The position numbers and the translations under genes were made by a program. A DNA stretch of 64,000 bases. Source: Mobula hypostoma (Eukaryota). The notes beneath the pieces were generated by a model. That model worked only from the letters and a program-made list of their open reading frames with translations, was not told the DNA's origin and made no database searches. The DNA lies in the NCBI RefSeq assembly GCF_963921235.1, contig NC_086106.1, positions 17,174,001 through 17,238,000 on the forward strand. Reading direction: 5' to 3'. Each line of letters opens with the position of its first letter. The first letter of the stretch is position 1. Positions 1-11,300 of the stretch are shown piece after piece.

Positions 1-1685
1 ACGGGAGGGTGCGGAGGGAGTTTCTCTCTGTGACTGACGGGAGGGTGCGGAGGGAGCATCTCTCTGTGACTGACGGGACGGTGCGGAGGGAGTTTCACTC
101 TGTGACTGACGGGAGGGTGCGGAGGGAGTTTCACTCTCTGACTGACGGGAGGGTGCGGAGGGAGCTTCACTCTGTGACTGACGGGAGGGTGCGGAGGGAG
201 CATCTCTCTGTGACTGACGGGAGGGTGCGGAGGGAGTTTCACTCTCTGACTGACGGGAGGGTGCGGAGGGAGTTTCACTCTGTGACTGACGGGACGGTGC
301 GGAGGGAGCTTCACTCTGTGACTGACGGGAGGGTGCGGAGGGAGTTTCTCTCTGTGACTGACGGGAGGGTGCGGAGGGAGTTTCACTCTCTGACTGACGG
401 GAGGGTGCGGAGGGAGTTTCACTCTGTGACGGACGGGACGGTGCGGAGGGAGCATCTCTCTGTGACTGACGGGAGGGTGCGGAGGGAGCGTCTCTCTGTG
501 ACTGACGGGAGGGTGCGAGGGAGCGTCTCTCTGTGACTGACGGGTCGGTGCGGAGGGAGTTTCACTCTGTGACTGACGGGAGGGTGCGGAGGGAGCTTCA
601 CTCTCTGACTGACGGGACGGTGCGGAGGGAGTTTCACTCTCTGACTGACGGGAGGGTGCGGAGGGAGCTTCACTCTGTGACTGACGGGAGGGTGCGGAGG
701 GAGCTTCACTCTGTGACTGACGGGACGGTGCGGAGGGAGTTTCACTCTCTGACTGACGGGAGGGTGCGGAGGGAGCTTCACTCTGTGACTGACGGGAGGG
801 TGCGGAGGGAGCATCTCTCTGTGACTGACGGGAGGGTGCGGAGGGAGTTTCACTCTCTGACTGACGGGAGGGTGCGGAGGGAGTTTCACTCTGTGACTGA
901 CGGGACGGTGCGGAGGGAGCTTCACTCTGTGACTGACGGGAGGGTGCGGAGGGAGTTTCACTCTCTGACTGACGGGAGGGTGCGGAGGGAGCTTCACTCT
1001 GTGACTGACGGGAGGGTGCGGAGGGAGCTTCACTCTGTGACTGACGGGACGGTGCGGAGGGAGTTTCACTCTCTGACTGACGGGAGGGTGCGGAGGGAGC
1101 TTCACTCTGTGACTGACGGGAGGGTGCGGAGGGAGCATCTCTCTGTGACTGACGGGAGGGTGCGGAGGGAGTTTCACTCTCTGACTGACGGGAGGGTGCG
1201 GAGGGAGTTTCACTCTGTGACTGACGGGACGGTGCGGAGGGAGCTTCACTCTGTGACTGACGGGAGGGTGCGGAGGGAGTTTCTCTCTGTGACTGACGGG
1301 AGGGTGCGGAGGGAGCATCTCTCTGTGACTGACGGGACGGTGCGGAGGGAGTTTCACTCTGTGACTGACGGGAGGGTGCGGAGGGAGTTTCACTCTCTGA
1401 CTGACGGGAGGGTGCGGAGGGAGTTTCACTCTGTGACTGACGGGACGGTGCGGAGGGAGCTTCACTCTGTGACTGACGGGAGGGTGCGGAGGGAGTTTCT
1501 CTCTGTGACTGACGGGAGGGTGCGGAGGGAGTTTCACTCTCTGACTGACGGGAGGGTGCGGAGGGAGTTTCACTCTGTGACGGACGGGACGGTGCGGAGG
1601 GAGCATCTCTCTGTGACTGACGGGAGGGTGCGGAGGGAGCGTCTCTCTGTGACTGACGGGTCGGTACGGAGGGAGCTTCACTCTG
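1..1685. repeat. 36-bp minisatellite (GTGACTGACGGGAGGGTGCGGAGGGAGTTTCACTCT), about 47 copies, runs off the window start
   Basis: Direct tandem periodicity; 12-aa repeats in ORFs 9..536, 533..1723 and 419..1681. Confidence 0.97.
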
Positions 1686-2023
1686 TAGATGGGGATCGTC
1701 CCGTGTCGAGTGTGGGTCAGTAATTCTCCACTGGGACACTCTCTCAGGCGACCCAGAGTTGAACGGGCCTGTGATGTGCTCCTTCCTCACTCGCCCGGTC
1801 CCATCCACGTTCTGGTCTCTCTCAGCCCGGGGTGGTCCCGGGGAGACTCTGGGTCAGGGTGGGGCCTGGATGTAGGAGGCAGAAAGGAGATGTCAAGGGC
1901 CGGTCATCCCAGTCCCCTCGCCATTGACCCTACCCCTTCTCCCTTCAAACGCCCCCAGCCCTCCTCCCCACTCTCACCTTCCCCATCTCCCTCCCTCTCC
2001 CGTCGATTCTTGGGCCCAATCCC

Positions 2024-2294
2024 GTTGCTATGGCGATGGGGCATGACGGGCCATCTGGTTGCCGTAGGAACAGGCTTTGATCTGGGCCATCAGCAGTTTC
2101 CATGGTAACGGGTTTGCGTTGGACGTCACTCCCTGGGACACGCAGACCGACTTCGGTGCTTGGGGGCTGCTTGGTGCTCCCTCCCGTTTCTATAGTAACA
2201 GACTGTCGGGGGCTCTGTTGACTCACTCCTGTTGCCATGGTGATAGGCTTCGTCAGTCCTACTTCCATGGGCGAAGACAAGTTGCCATGGTAAT
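2024..2294. promoter_or_regulatory. Cluster of six RFX X-box-like palindromes
   Basis: GTTGCTATGGCGAT 2024, GTTGCCGTAGGAAC 2058, GTTTCCATGGTAAC 2096, GTTTCTATAGTAAC 2186, GTTGCCATGGTGAT 2231, GTTGCCATGGTAAT 2281. Confidence 0.65.
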
Positions 2295-2379
2295 GTGGCT
2301 GGGACGATTGTATTGGCCGACTGGAGACAGGATCCAGCTGGACCGGACCGGCCCAGTCGAGTCTCGATAAAGACAGAGC
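2126..2379 (-). CDS. RBM23: RBM23-like putative terminal coding exon
   Basis: In frame; SVFIETRL and SCLQSANTIVPAT resemble RBM39 FVIDLQTRL and QCFQLSNMFNPQT; weak acceptor; TGA at 2128-2126. Confidence 0.6.
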
Positions 2380-5300
2380 CTGGGGTCCCAGCAGATTCCC
2401 CTCCCCACCCCACAAGCCCCCCAGCCCCCGTTCCGCCCTGTCCTGTCCTGGGTAGCCCAGTAGAGCCCTCACCTGCGGCTGTCGGCATTAGGATCCCGAA
2501 GGGATAGATGTTCTGGAGCTGGAGAGCGGCCTGTGTGGCCGGCGGAATTTCCAGTCCGGATCCTGGGGAGCGAGAGGGGGAAAGCTGAAATCAAGGGGTT
2601 CAGATCGCTCATACTACAAGCCCCGAATCACTGGATCGGATCCCAGCCTGTAACCCACTCCCGGGCATCTGTTATTCTCTATATAAACCACCGAACCCCT
2701 GGATCAGATCCCAGCCTGTAACCCACTCCCAGGGATCTGTTATTTGACAGATAAACCCCCTGAACTCCTGGATCAGATCCCAGCCTGTAACCCACTCCCA
2801 GGGATCTGTTATTTGACAGATAAACCCCCTGAACTCCTGGATCAGATCCCAGCCTGTAACCCACTCCCGGGGATCTGTTATTCTATATATAAACCCCCAA
2901 ACCCCTGGATCAGATCCCAGCCTGTAACCCACTCCCGGGGATCTGTTATTCTATATATAAACCCCGAACCCCTGGATCAGATCCCAGCCTGTAACCCACT
3001 CCCAGGGATCTGTTATTCTCTATATAAACCCCGAACCCCTGGATCAGATCCCAGTCTGTAATCCACTCCCAGAGATCTGTTATTCTATATATAAACCCCC
3101 GAACCCCCGGATCAGATCCCAGGCTGTAACCCACTCCCGGGGATCTGTTATTCTATATATAAACCCCTGAACCCCTGGATCAGATCCCAGCCTGTAACCC
3201 ACTCCCAGGGATCTGTTATTTGACAGATAAACCCCCTGAACTCCTGGATCAGATCCCAGACTGTAACCCACTCCCAGGGATCTGTTATTCTCTATATAAA
3301 CCCCGAACCCCTGGATCAGATCCCAGCCTGTAACCCACTCCCGGGGATCTGTTATTCTATATATAAACCCCCTGAACCCCTGGATCGGATCCCAGCCTGT
3401 AACCCACTCCCAGGGATCTGTTATTCTCTATATAAACCCCGAACCCCTGGATCAGATCCCAGTCTGTAATCCACTCCCAGAGATCTGTTATTCTATATAT
3501 AAACCCCTCAAATACCGGGATCGGATTGCAGCCTGTAACCTACGCCCGGGAATCTGTCATTCTATATAAAAACCCCCGAACTCCTGGACCAGATCTCATC
3601 CTGTAACCCACTCCCGGGGATCTGTCATTCTATATATAAACCCCTGAACCCCTGGATCAGATCCCAATCTGTAACCTATGGCCGGAGATCTGTTATTCTA
3701 TTATACATATAGATCCCCTGGATCAGATGTAATCCACTACCGGGAATCTTTCGTTACATAAACGCTCTGAACCGCCGGATTAGCCCCGGAACTCGTTCCC
3801 CCCTCCACCCGCTCCGTCGAGCAGACCAGGCCTACCCTTAGCGAGGCGAGCCATCAGCTGGAGACGACTGCTGGGTCCCAAGCTGATCCCGGGGCGCTCC
3901 GTGTCCTCGGTGTCCAGGACGGAGGCGGCGGGGTCCGGCTCCCAGCGATCCGTCACCGGGCTCAGCCTCAGCGGCTTCCCCGCCAGCTCGAAGCCCTGCA
4001 GCTGCTGCAGAGCCCGCCGTGCACACTCCGAATCCGCAAACTGCTCCGCGGGGAGGCGGGAGGAAGGGAGAAGGTTCAGGCCGCTTGTCTCACCCCTCGC
4101 CTCCCCTCCCACCCGTCGGAAAGAATCAGGGGCCCGTGTGGTGGCGGCGAAACGAAGTGGGGCTGGCGGAGGGGCGGAGGGGCGGTAGCGACAGAGTTGG
4201 GGGAGACGGACGGTGAGCGGGGTGAGGATGGGGGGAGGGTTGGTGTGAGGGATATAGGATGGAGAGGTGAGGGGGAGTTCCCAGTGCTGCGGGGTGTGAG
4301 GGGGGACACTCACCGTGACGAACCCGTATCCCTTGGAAATTCCGGTCTGTGGGTCCTTAATCAGGTGCAGACTGTCAATCTGTAGGGTTAGAGGCGGGGA
4401 GAATCAGTGGGTGACTGTGAGGGAAGAGAGGGAGGGAGAGGAGCAGAGGGATGTGAACGGGGGACTGAGGTGGACAGAGAGGGAACGGAGGAGAGGGTGG
4501 CAGGGAATAGGTCAGGAGGAAGGGAGCTCCCACCTTGCCGAAGGGCGTGAAGATTGCCCTCAGCATGTCCTGGGTGATGTTGGCATGGAGCGATCCCACG
4601 TAGAGCCTGAGCGGACCATCTCCCGCAATCTGCGGGTGTCCGACCCCGGGGTCTGGACGGTTCTTCTCTGCCTGGCGGTGGGGAGAGGTAAGTAGGTGGT
4701 CAGTCAGCCTGGCTCAGGGTGTACCGGAAGATACCGTCACCTTCCCCCACCCCCATCCCGCGAAACTCCTTCCTTCGTCAAGCTCCCCCCCCCACCCACT
4801 CAGCCTCCCCGCCCCATCGTGCTCGCTGCCCCACGCCCTCCCTACCTGGGATGCCTGAATGATGATGGGGACTCCTAATAATTTTGTTCCGGAGAGACTG
4901 ATCGCCTGCGGGACGCTGTCTACACTGTAAAACTCCACATACGCAATGCCCTTCGATCGCCGGGAGCTGCGGTCCGATATGATCTTCACGTCACGGACCT
5001 GCCAGAGAACCAAGGCGTTAACGTCCTCCCCCATTACACACTCTCGGGGTCAGACACAGAGTGAAACTCCCTCCACACCCACCATCCCATCACACACTCC
5101 TGGGGTCAGACACAGAGTGAAACTCCCTCCACCCGTCGCATCACACACTCCAGGGGTCAGACACAGAGTGAATCTCCCTCCACACCGTCCCATCACACAC
5201 ACCCGGGGTCAGACACAGAGTGAAACTCCCTCCACACCCACCATCCCATCACACACTCCCGGGGTCAGACACAGAGTGAATCTCCCTCCACACCATCCTA

Positions 5301-8300
5301 TCACACACTCCTGGGGTCAGACACAGAGTGAAACTCCTTCCACCCGTCGCATCACACACTCCCGGGGTCAGACACACAGTGAAACTCCCTCCACACCGTC
5401 CCATCACACACTCCCGGGGTCAGACACAGAGTGAAACTCCCTCCACACCGTCCCATCACACACACCCGGGGTCAGACACAGAGTGAAGCTCCCTCCACAC
5501 CGTCCCATCACACATCACTATTCCTGACCTTTCCGACGGAGGAGAAGAAACGTTCCAGATCCCCGGGTCGGATCTGTCCTGAGAGTTGTAAGCAGAGAAT
5601 GGTGCACGCATCTCGCTCTTCTAGAGTGCGTCCGTATACACGGTCCCTGTCCAAGAGAGAGAGGCACTGTGAGGGAGAATCGGAGCATCCTCTCCGTCAG
5701 CCCCTGCTCAGTGACACCACCCTTCCCCAAACCCCTCACTTTCTCTGTGACCCCCGCAGCCCCTTCCATTCCGCCTCTCCCGTCCCCGTGACCCTTTCCA
5801 TACATTCCTCTCCGTCTCCCTGCCCCTTCACCCCACTTGAGACACCCTCTCCCTACACAGCACCCTATCTCTGTGAGCCCCCCCTCCCTGTTCCTCGTTC
5901 CGCAGGGGACCAGCCCGCTGAATTCCGTGACCCTGCTTTGGGAGCCAGACGCCGGATTTCTAAACCGGGGCGAGCGCGTGTGGTCCAGGCACGGCTCTGC
6001 AGCCGGAGCCGGAGCCGGAGCCGGAGCCGCCGTTCGCCCATTTGACTGGGATTTTCACCTGCTGATGCTCCTGGACCTGTAGCGAGGGCTCCTGCTCCTG
6101 CTAAACCTCGGGCTCCGGCTGTGCGATGCGTGGTGCCTGCAAGAGGTGGGCAGCAGAGGTGAGGTGTGGAATCGCCCGGGGAGGGGGGTGGGGGGCGAAT
6201 GTCAGGGTGGCTGCGGAGCGGCTCTTCCCACCTGTGCCTCGCCCGCTCCCTTCGGTGTCGCCCACGGTGGTCCCTGTGACGAGTGCGCCGGCCGCGCGTC
6301 CGCCCTCGCCGTCGGCTCCCGCTCCTCTTCCTCCGCCTCCGGGACCGATGCTGGGATGAGTACCGAGCACGCTCCGTGCTCCCACTGTGTGGGGATAGGG
6401 TAAAGAGAGGCAGGATGGCAGTGAACGAGAGCAGGAAAGAGAGAGAGAGAGGGGGCGAGAGGGGAACTGAGAGACACCGGTCAGTGGACAGATCTCCCCC
6501 TGAGAGACACCAGTCAATGTACAGATCTCCCCCTGAGAGACACTGGTCAGTGTACGGATATCACAAATATCTGTGGAATTCAGTGCCTGTTGAGGCCAAG
6601 TCATTGAGTATATTTAAATCAGAGGCTGGTGCATTGTCGATTAGCCAGGAGAAGGAGAAAGGGAGAGAGGGATACTAAATCAGGCGTACTGGAATGGCGG
6701 CGCAGACATCTGTCAGTGTGCAGATAGGAGAACAGGACATATCAGGAATACCTGCTGTGGCTCCTCAGTTGACTCCCACTCCGATCCCTGGACCTGCGGC
6801 ATTCCCGACTCCCACTCCGATCCCTGGACCTGCGGCATTCCCGACTCCCACTCCGACTGCTGCGCTCACTGTGTCGACCGGAAATTGGAGGCTGGGAACA
6901 GGATCAGACGGCACATCCCCGCATCTATTGTTCCCTTCGACCCCCTACTCCCTCCCCGTCTCCGTGATCTCTCCCTCCCCGTCTCCGTGATCTCTCCCTC
7001 CCCGTCTCCGTGATCTCTCGCTCCCCTACACCCCTCCCCGTCTCCGTGATCTCTCCCTCCCCTACACCCCTCCCCGTCTCCGTGATCTCTCGCTCCCCTA
7101 CACCCCTCCCCGTCTCCGTGATCTCTCCCTCCCCTACACCCCTCCCCGTCTCCGCGATCTCTCCCTCCCCGTCTCCGTCATCTCTCGCTCCCCTACACCC
7201 CTCCCCGTCTCCGTGATCTCTCCCTCCCCTACACCCCTCCCCGTCTCCGTGATCTCTCCCTCCCCTACACCCCTCCCCGTCTCCGTGATCTCTCCCTCCC
7301 CTACACCCCTGCCCGTCTCCGTGATCTCTCCCTCCCCTACACCCCTCCCCGTCTCCGCGATCTCTCCCTCCCCGTCTCCGTCATCTCTCGCTCCCCTACA
7401 CCCCTCCCCGTCTCCGTGATCTCTCCCTCCCCTACACCCCTCCCCGTCTCCGTGATCTCTCCCTCCCCTACACCCCTGCCCGTCTCCGCGATCTCTCCCT
7501 CCCCTACACCCCTCCCCGTCTCCGCGATCTCTCCCTCCCCGTCTCCGTGATCTCTCCCTCCCCTACACCCCTCCCCGTCTCCGTGATCTCTCCCTCCCCG
7601 TCTCCGTGATCTCTCGCTCCCCTACACCCCTCCCCGTCTCCGCGATCTCTCCCTCCCCTACACCCCTCCCCGTCTCCGTGATCTCTCCCTCCCCTACACC
7701 CCTGCCCGTCTCCGCGATCTCTCCCTCCCCTACACCCCTCCCCGTCTCCGCGATCTCTCCCTCCCCGTCTCCGTGATCTCTCCCTCCCCTACACCCCTCC
7801 CCGTCTCCGTGATCTCTCCCTCCCCGTCTCCGTGATCTCTCCCTCCCCTACACCGCTCCCTGTCTCCGTGATCTCTCCCTCCCCGTCTCCGTGATCTCTC
7901 CCTCCCCTACACCCCTCCCTGTCTCCATGATCTCTCCCTCCCCGTCTCCGTGATCTCTCCCTCCCCTACACCCCTCCCCGTCTCCGCGATCTCTCCCTCC
8001 CCGTCTCCGCGATCTCTCCCTCCCCGTCTCCGTGATCTCTCCCTCCCCTACACCCCTCCCTGTCTCCATGATCTCTCCCTCCCCGTCTCCGTGATCTCTC
8101 GCTCCCCTACACCCCTCCCCGTCTCCGTGATCTCTCCCTCCCCTACACCCCTGCCCGTCTCCGCGATCTCTCCCTCCCCTACACCCCTCCCCGTCTCCGC
8201 GATCTCTCCCTCCCCGTCTCCGTGATCTCTCCCTCCCCTACACCCCTCCCTGTCTCCATGATCTCTCCCTCCCCGTCTCCGTGATCTCTCGCTCCCCTAC

Positions 8301-11300
8301 ACCCCTCCCCGTCTCCGTGATCTCTCCCTCCCCTACACCCCTCCCCGTCTCCGTGATCTCTCCCTCCCCTACACCCCTGCCCGTCTCCGCGATCTCTCCC
8401 TCCCCTACACCCCTCCCCGTCTCCGCGATCTCTACCTCCCCGTCTCCGTGATCTCTCCCTCCCCTACACCCCTCCCCGTCTCCGTGATCTCTCCCTCCCC
8501 GTCTCCGTGATCTCTCCCTCCCCTACACCCCTCCCTGTCTCCGTGATCTCTCCCTCCCCGTCTCCGTGATCTCTCCCTCCCCTACACCCCTGCCCGTCTC
8601 CGCGATCTCTCCCTCCCCTACACCCCTCCCCGTCTCCGCGATCTCTCCCTCCCCGTCTCCGTGAGCTCTCCCTCCCCTACACCCCTCCCTGTCTCCGTGA
8701 TCTCTCCCTCCCCGTCTCCGTGATCTCTCGCTCCCCTACACCCCTCCCCGTCTCCGTGATCTCTCCCTCCCCTACACCCCTGCCCGTCTCCGCGATCTCT
8801 CCCTCCCCTACACCCCTCCCCGTCTCCGCGATCTCTCCCTCCCCGTCTCCGTGATCTCTCCCTCCCCTACACCCCTCCCCGTCTCCGTGATCTCTCCCTC
8901 CCCTACACCCCTCCCTGTCTCCATGATCTCTCCCTCCCCGTCTCCGTGATCTCTCCCTCCCCTACACCCCTCCCCGTGTCCGTGATCTCTCCCTCCCCGT
9001 CTCTGTGATCTCTCCCTCCCCTACACCCCTCCCCGTCTCCGTGATCTCTCCCTCCCCTACACCCCTCCCCGTCTCCGCGATCTCTTCCTCCCCTACACCC
9101 CTTCCCGTCTCCGTGATCTCTCCCTCCCCTACACCCCTCCCCGTGTCCGTGATCTCTCCCTCCCCGTCTCCGTGATCTCTCCCTCCCCTACACCCCTCCC
9201 CGTCTCCGTGATCTCTCCCTCCCCGTCTCCGTGATCTCTCCCTCCCCTACACCCCTCCCTGTCTCCGTGATCTCTCCCTCCCCGTCTCCGTGATCTCTCC
9301 CTCCCCTACACCCCTGCCCGTCTCCGCGATCTCTCCCTCCCCTACACCCCTCCCCGTCTCCGCGATCTCTCCCTCCCCGTCTCCGTGATCTCTCCCTCCC
9401 CTACACCCCTCCCTGTCTCCGTGATCTCTCCCTCCCCGTCTCCGTGATCTCTCGCTCCCCTACACCCCTCCCCGTCTCCGTGATCTCTCCCTCCCCTACA
9501 CCCCTGCCCGTCTCCGCGATCTCTCCCTCCCCTACACCCCTCCCCGTCTCCGCGATCTCTTCCTCCCCGTCTCCGTGATCTCTCCCTCCCCTACACCCCT
9601 CCCCGTCTCCGTGATCTCTCCCTCCCCTACACCCCTCCCTGTCTCCATGATCTCTCCCTCCCCGTCTCCGTGATCTCTCCCTCCCCTACACCCCTCCCCG
9701 TGTCCGTGATCTCTCCCTCCCCGTCTCTGTGATCTCTCCCTCCCCTACACCCCTCCCCGTCTCCGTGATCTCTCCCTCCCCTACACCCCTCCCCGTCTCC
9801 GCGATCTCTTCCTCCCCTACACCCCTTCCCGTCTCCGTGATCTCTCCCTCCCCTACACCCCTCCCCGTCTCCGCGATCTCTCCCTCCCCGTCTCCGTGAT
9901 CTCTCCCTCCCCTACACCCCTCCCCGTCTCCGTGATCTCTCCCTCCCCGTCTCCGTGATCTCTCCCTCCCCTACACCCCTCCCCGTGTCCGTGATCTCTC
10001 CCTCCCCGTCTCTGTGATCTCTCCCTCCCCTACACCCCTCCCCGTCTCCGTGATCTCTCCCTCCCCTACACCCCTCCCCGTCTCCGCGATCTCTTCCTCC
10101 CCTACACCCCTTCCCGTCTCCGTGATCTCTCCCTCCCCTACACCCCTCCCCGTGTCCGTGATCTCTCCCTCCCCGTCTCCGTGATCTCTCCCTCCCCTAC
10201 ACCCCTCCCCGTCTCCGTGATCTCTCCCTCCCCGTCTCCGTGATCTCTCCCTCCCCTACACCCCTCCCTGTCTCCGTGATCTCTCCCTCCCCGTCTCCGT
10301 GATCTCTCCCTCCCCTACACCCCTGCCCGTCTCCGCGATCTCTCCCTCCCCTACACCCCTCCCCGTCTCCGCGATCTCTCCCTCCCCGTCTCCGTGATCT
10401 CTCCCTCCCCTACACCCCTCCCTGTCTCCGTGATCTCTCCCTCCCCGTCTCCGTGATCTCTCGCTCCCCTACACCCCTCCCCGTCTCCGTGATCTCTCCC
10501 TCCCCTACACCCCTGCCCGTCTCCGCGATCTCTCCCTCCCCTACACCCCTCCCCGTCTCCGCGATCTCTCCCTCCCCGTCTCCGTGATCTCTCCCTCCCC
10601 TACACCCCTCCCCGTCTCCGTGATCTCTCCCTCCCCGTCTCCGTGATCTCTCCCTCCCCTACACCCCTCCCTGTCTCCATGATCTCTCCCTCCCCGTCTC
10701 CGTGATCTCTCCCTCCCCTACACCCCTCCCCGTGTCCGTGATCTCTCCCTCCCCGTCTCTGTGATCTCTCCCTCCCCTACACCCCTCCCCGTCTCCGTGA
10801 TCTCTCCCTCCCCTACACCCCTCCCCGTCTCCGCGATCTCTTCCTCCCCTACACCCCTTCCCGTCTCCGTGATCTCTCCCTCCCCTACACCCCTCCCCGT
10901 GTCCGTGATCTCTCCCTCCCCTACACCCCTCCCCGTCTCCGTAATCTATCCCTCCCCGTCTCCGTGATGTCTCCCTCCCCGTCTCCGTGATCTAACTCTT
11001 CCCTACACTACACCCTCCCCTCTCCAACTCACTCCCCTCGCCTACACTCTTCCTCGTCCTCGTGACTCCTCTCTTTCCTACACCCCTCTCCTTCTCCGTC
11101 ACTTCTCCCTCCCCTACAGCCTTTCCTATCTCCCTCAACCCCTCCCCTACATCCCCCTGCCTCCCCATCAGCCTTTCCCTTCTCCGTCACCCCCTTCCCT
11201 CCTCTACACCCCTTCCCATCTCCGTGACCCCTTCCTCTCCCTACACCCTTTCGCTTCTCGTGACACCCTGCTCCCCTACTCCCCTCCCCGTCTCCGTGAC

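Noticed and set aside
1-1685. CRISPR-like 36-bp periodicity
   Set aside because: Units are contiguous with no unique spacers, there are no cas genes, and the context is eukaryotic.
9-1723. Long ORFs with 12-aa repeats (396 and 420 aa)
   Set aside because: By-product of a 36-bp unit that lacks stops in some frames on both strands; no domain evidence.
5995-6030. (AGCCGG)n reading as RSRSRS
   Set aside because: The RS reading is on the plus strand, antisense to the gene; it is an intronic hexamer repeat.
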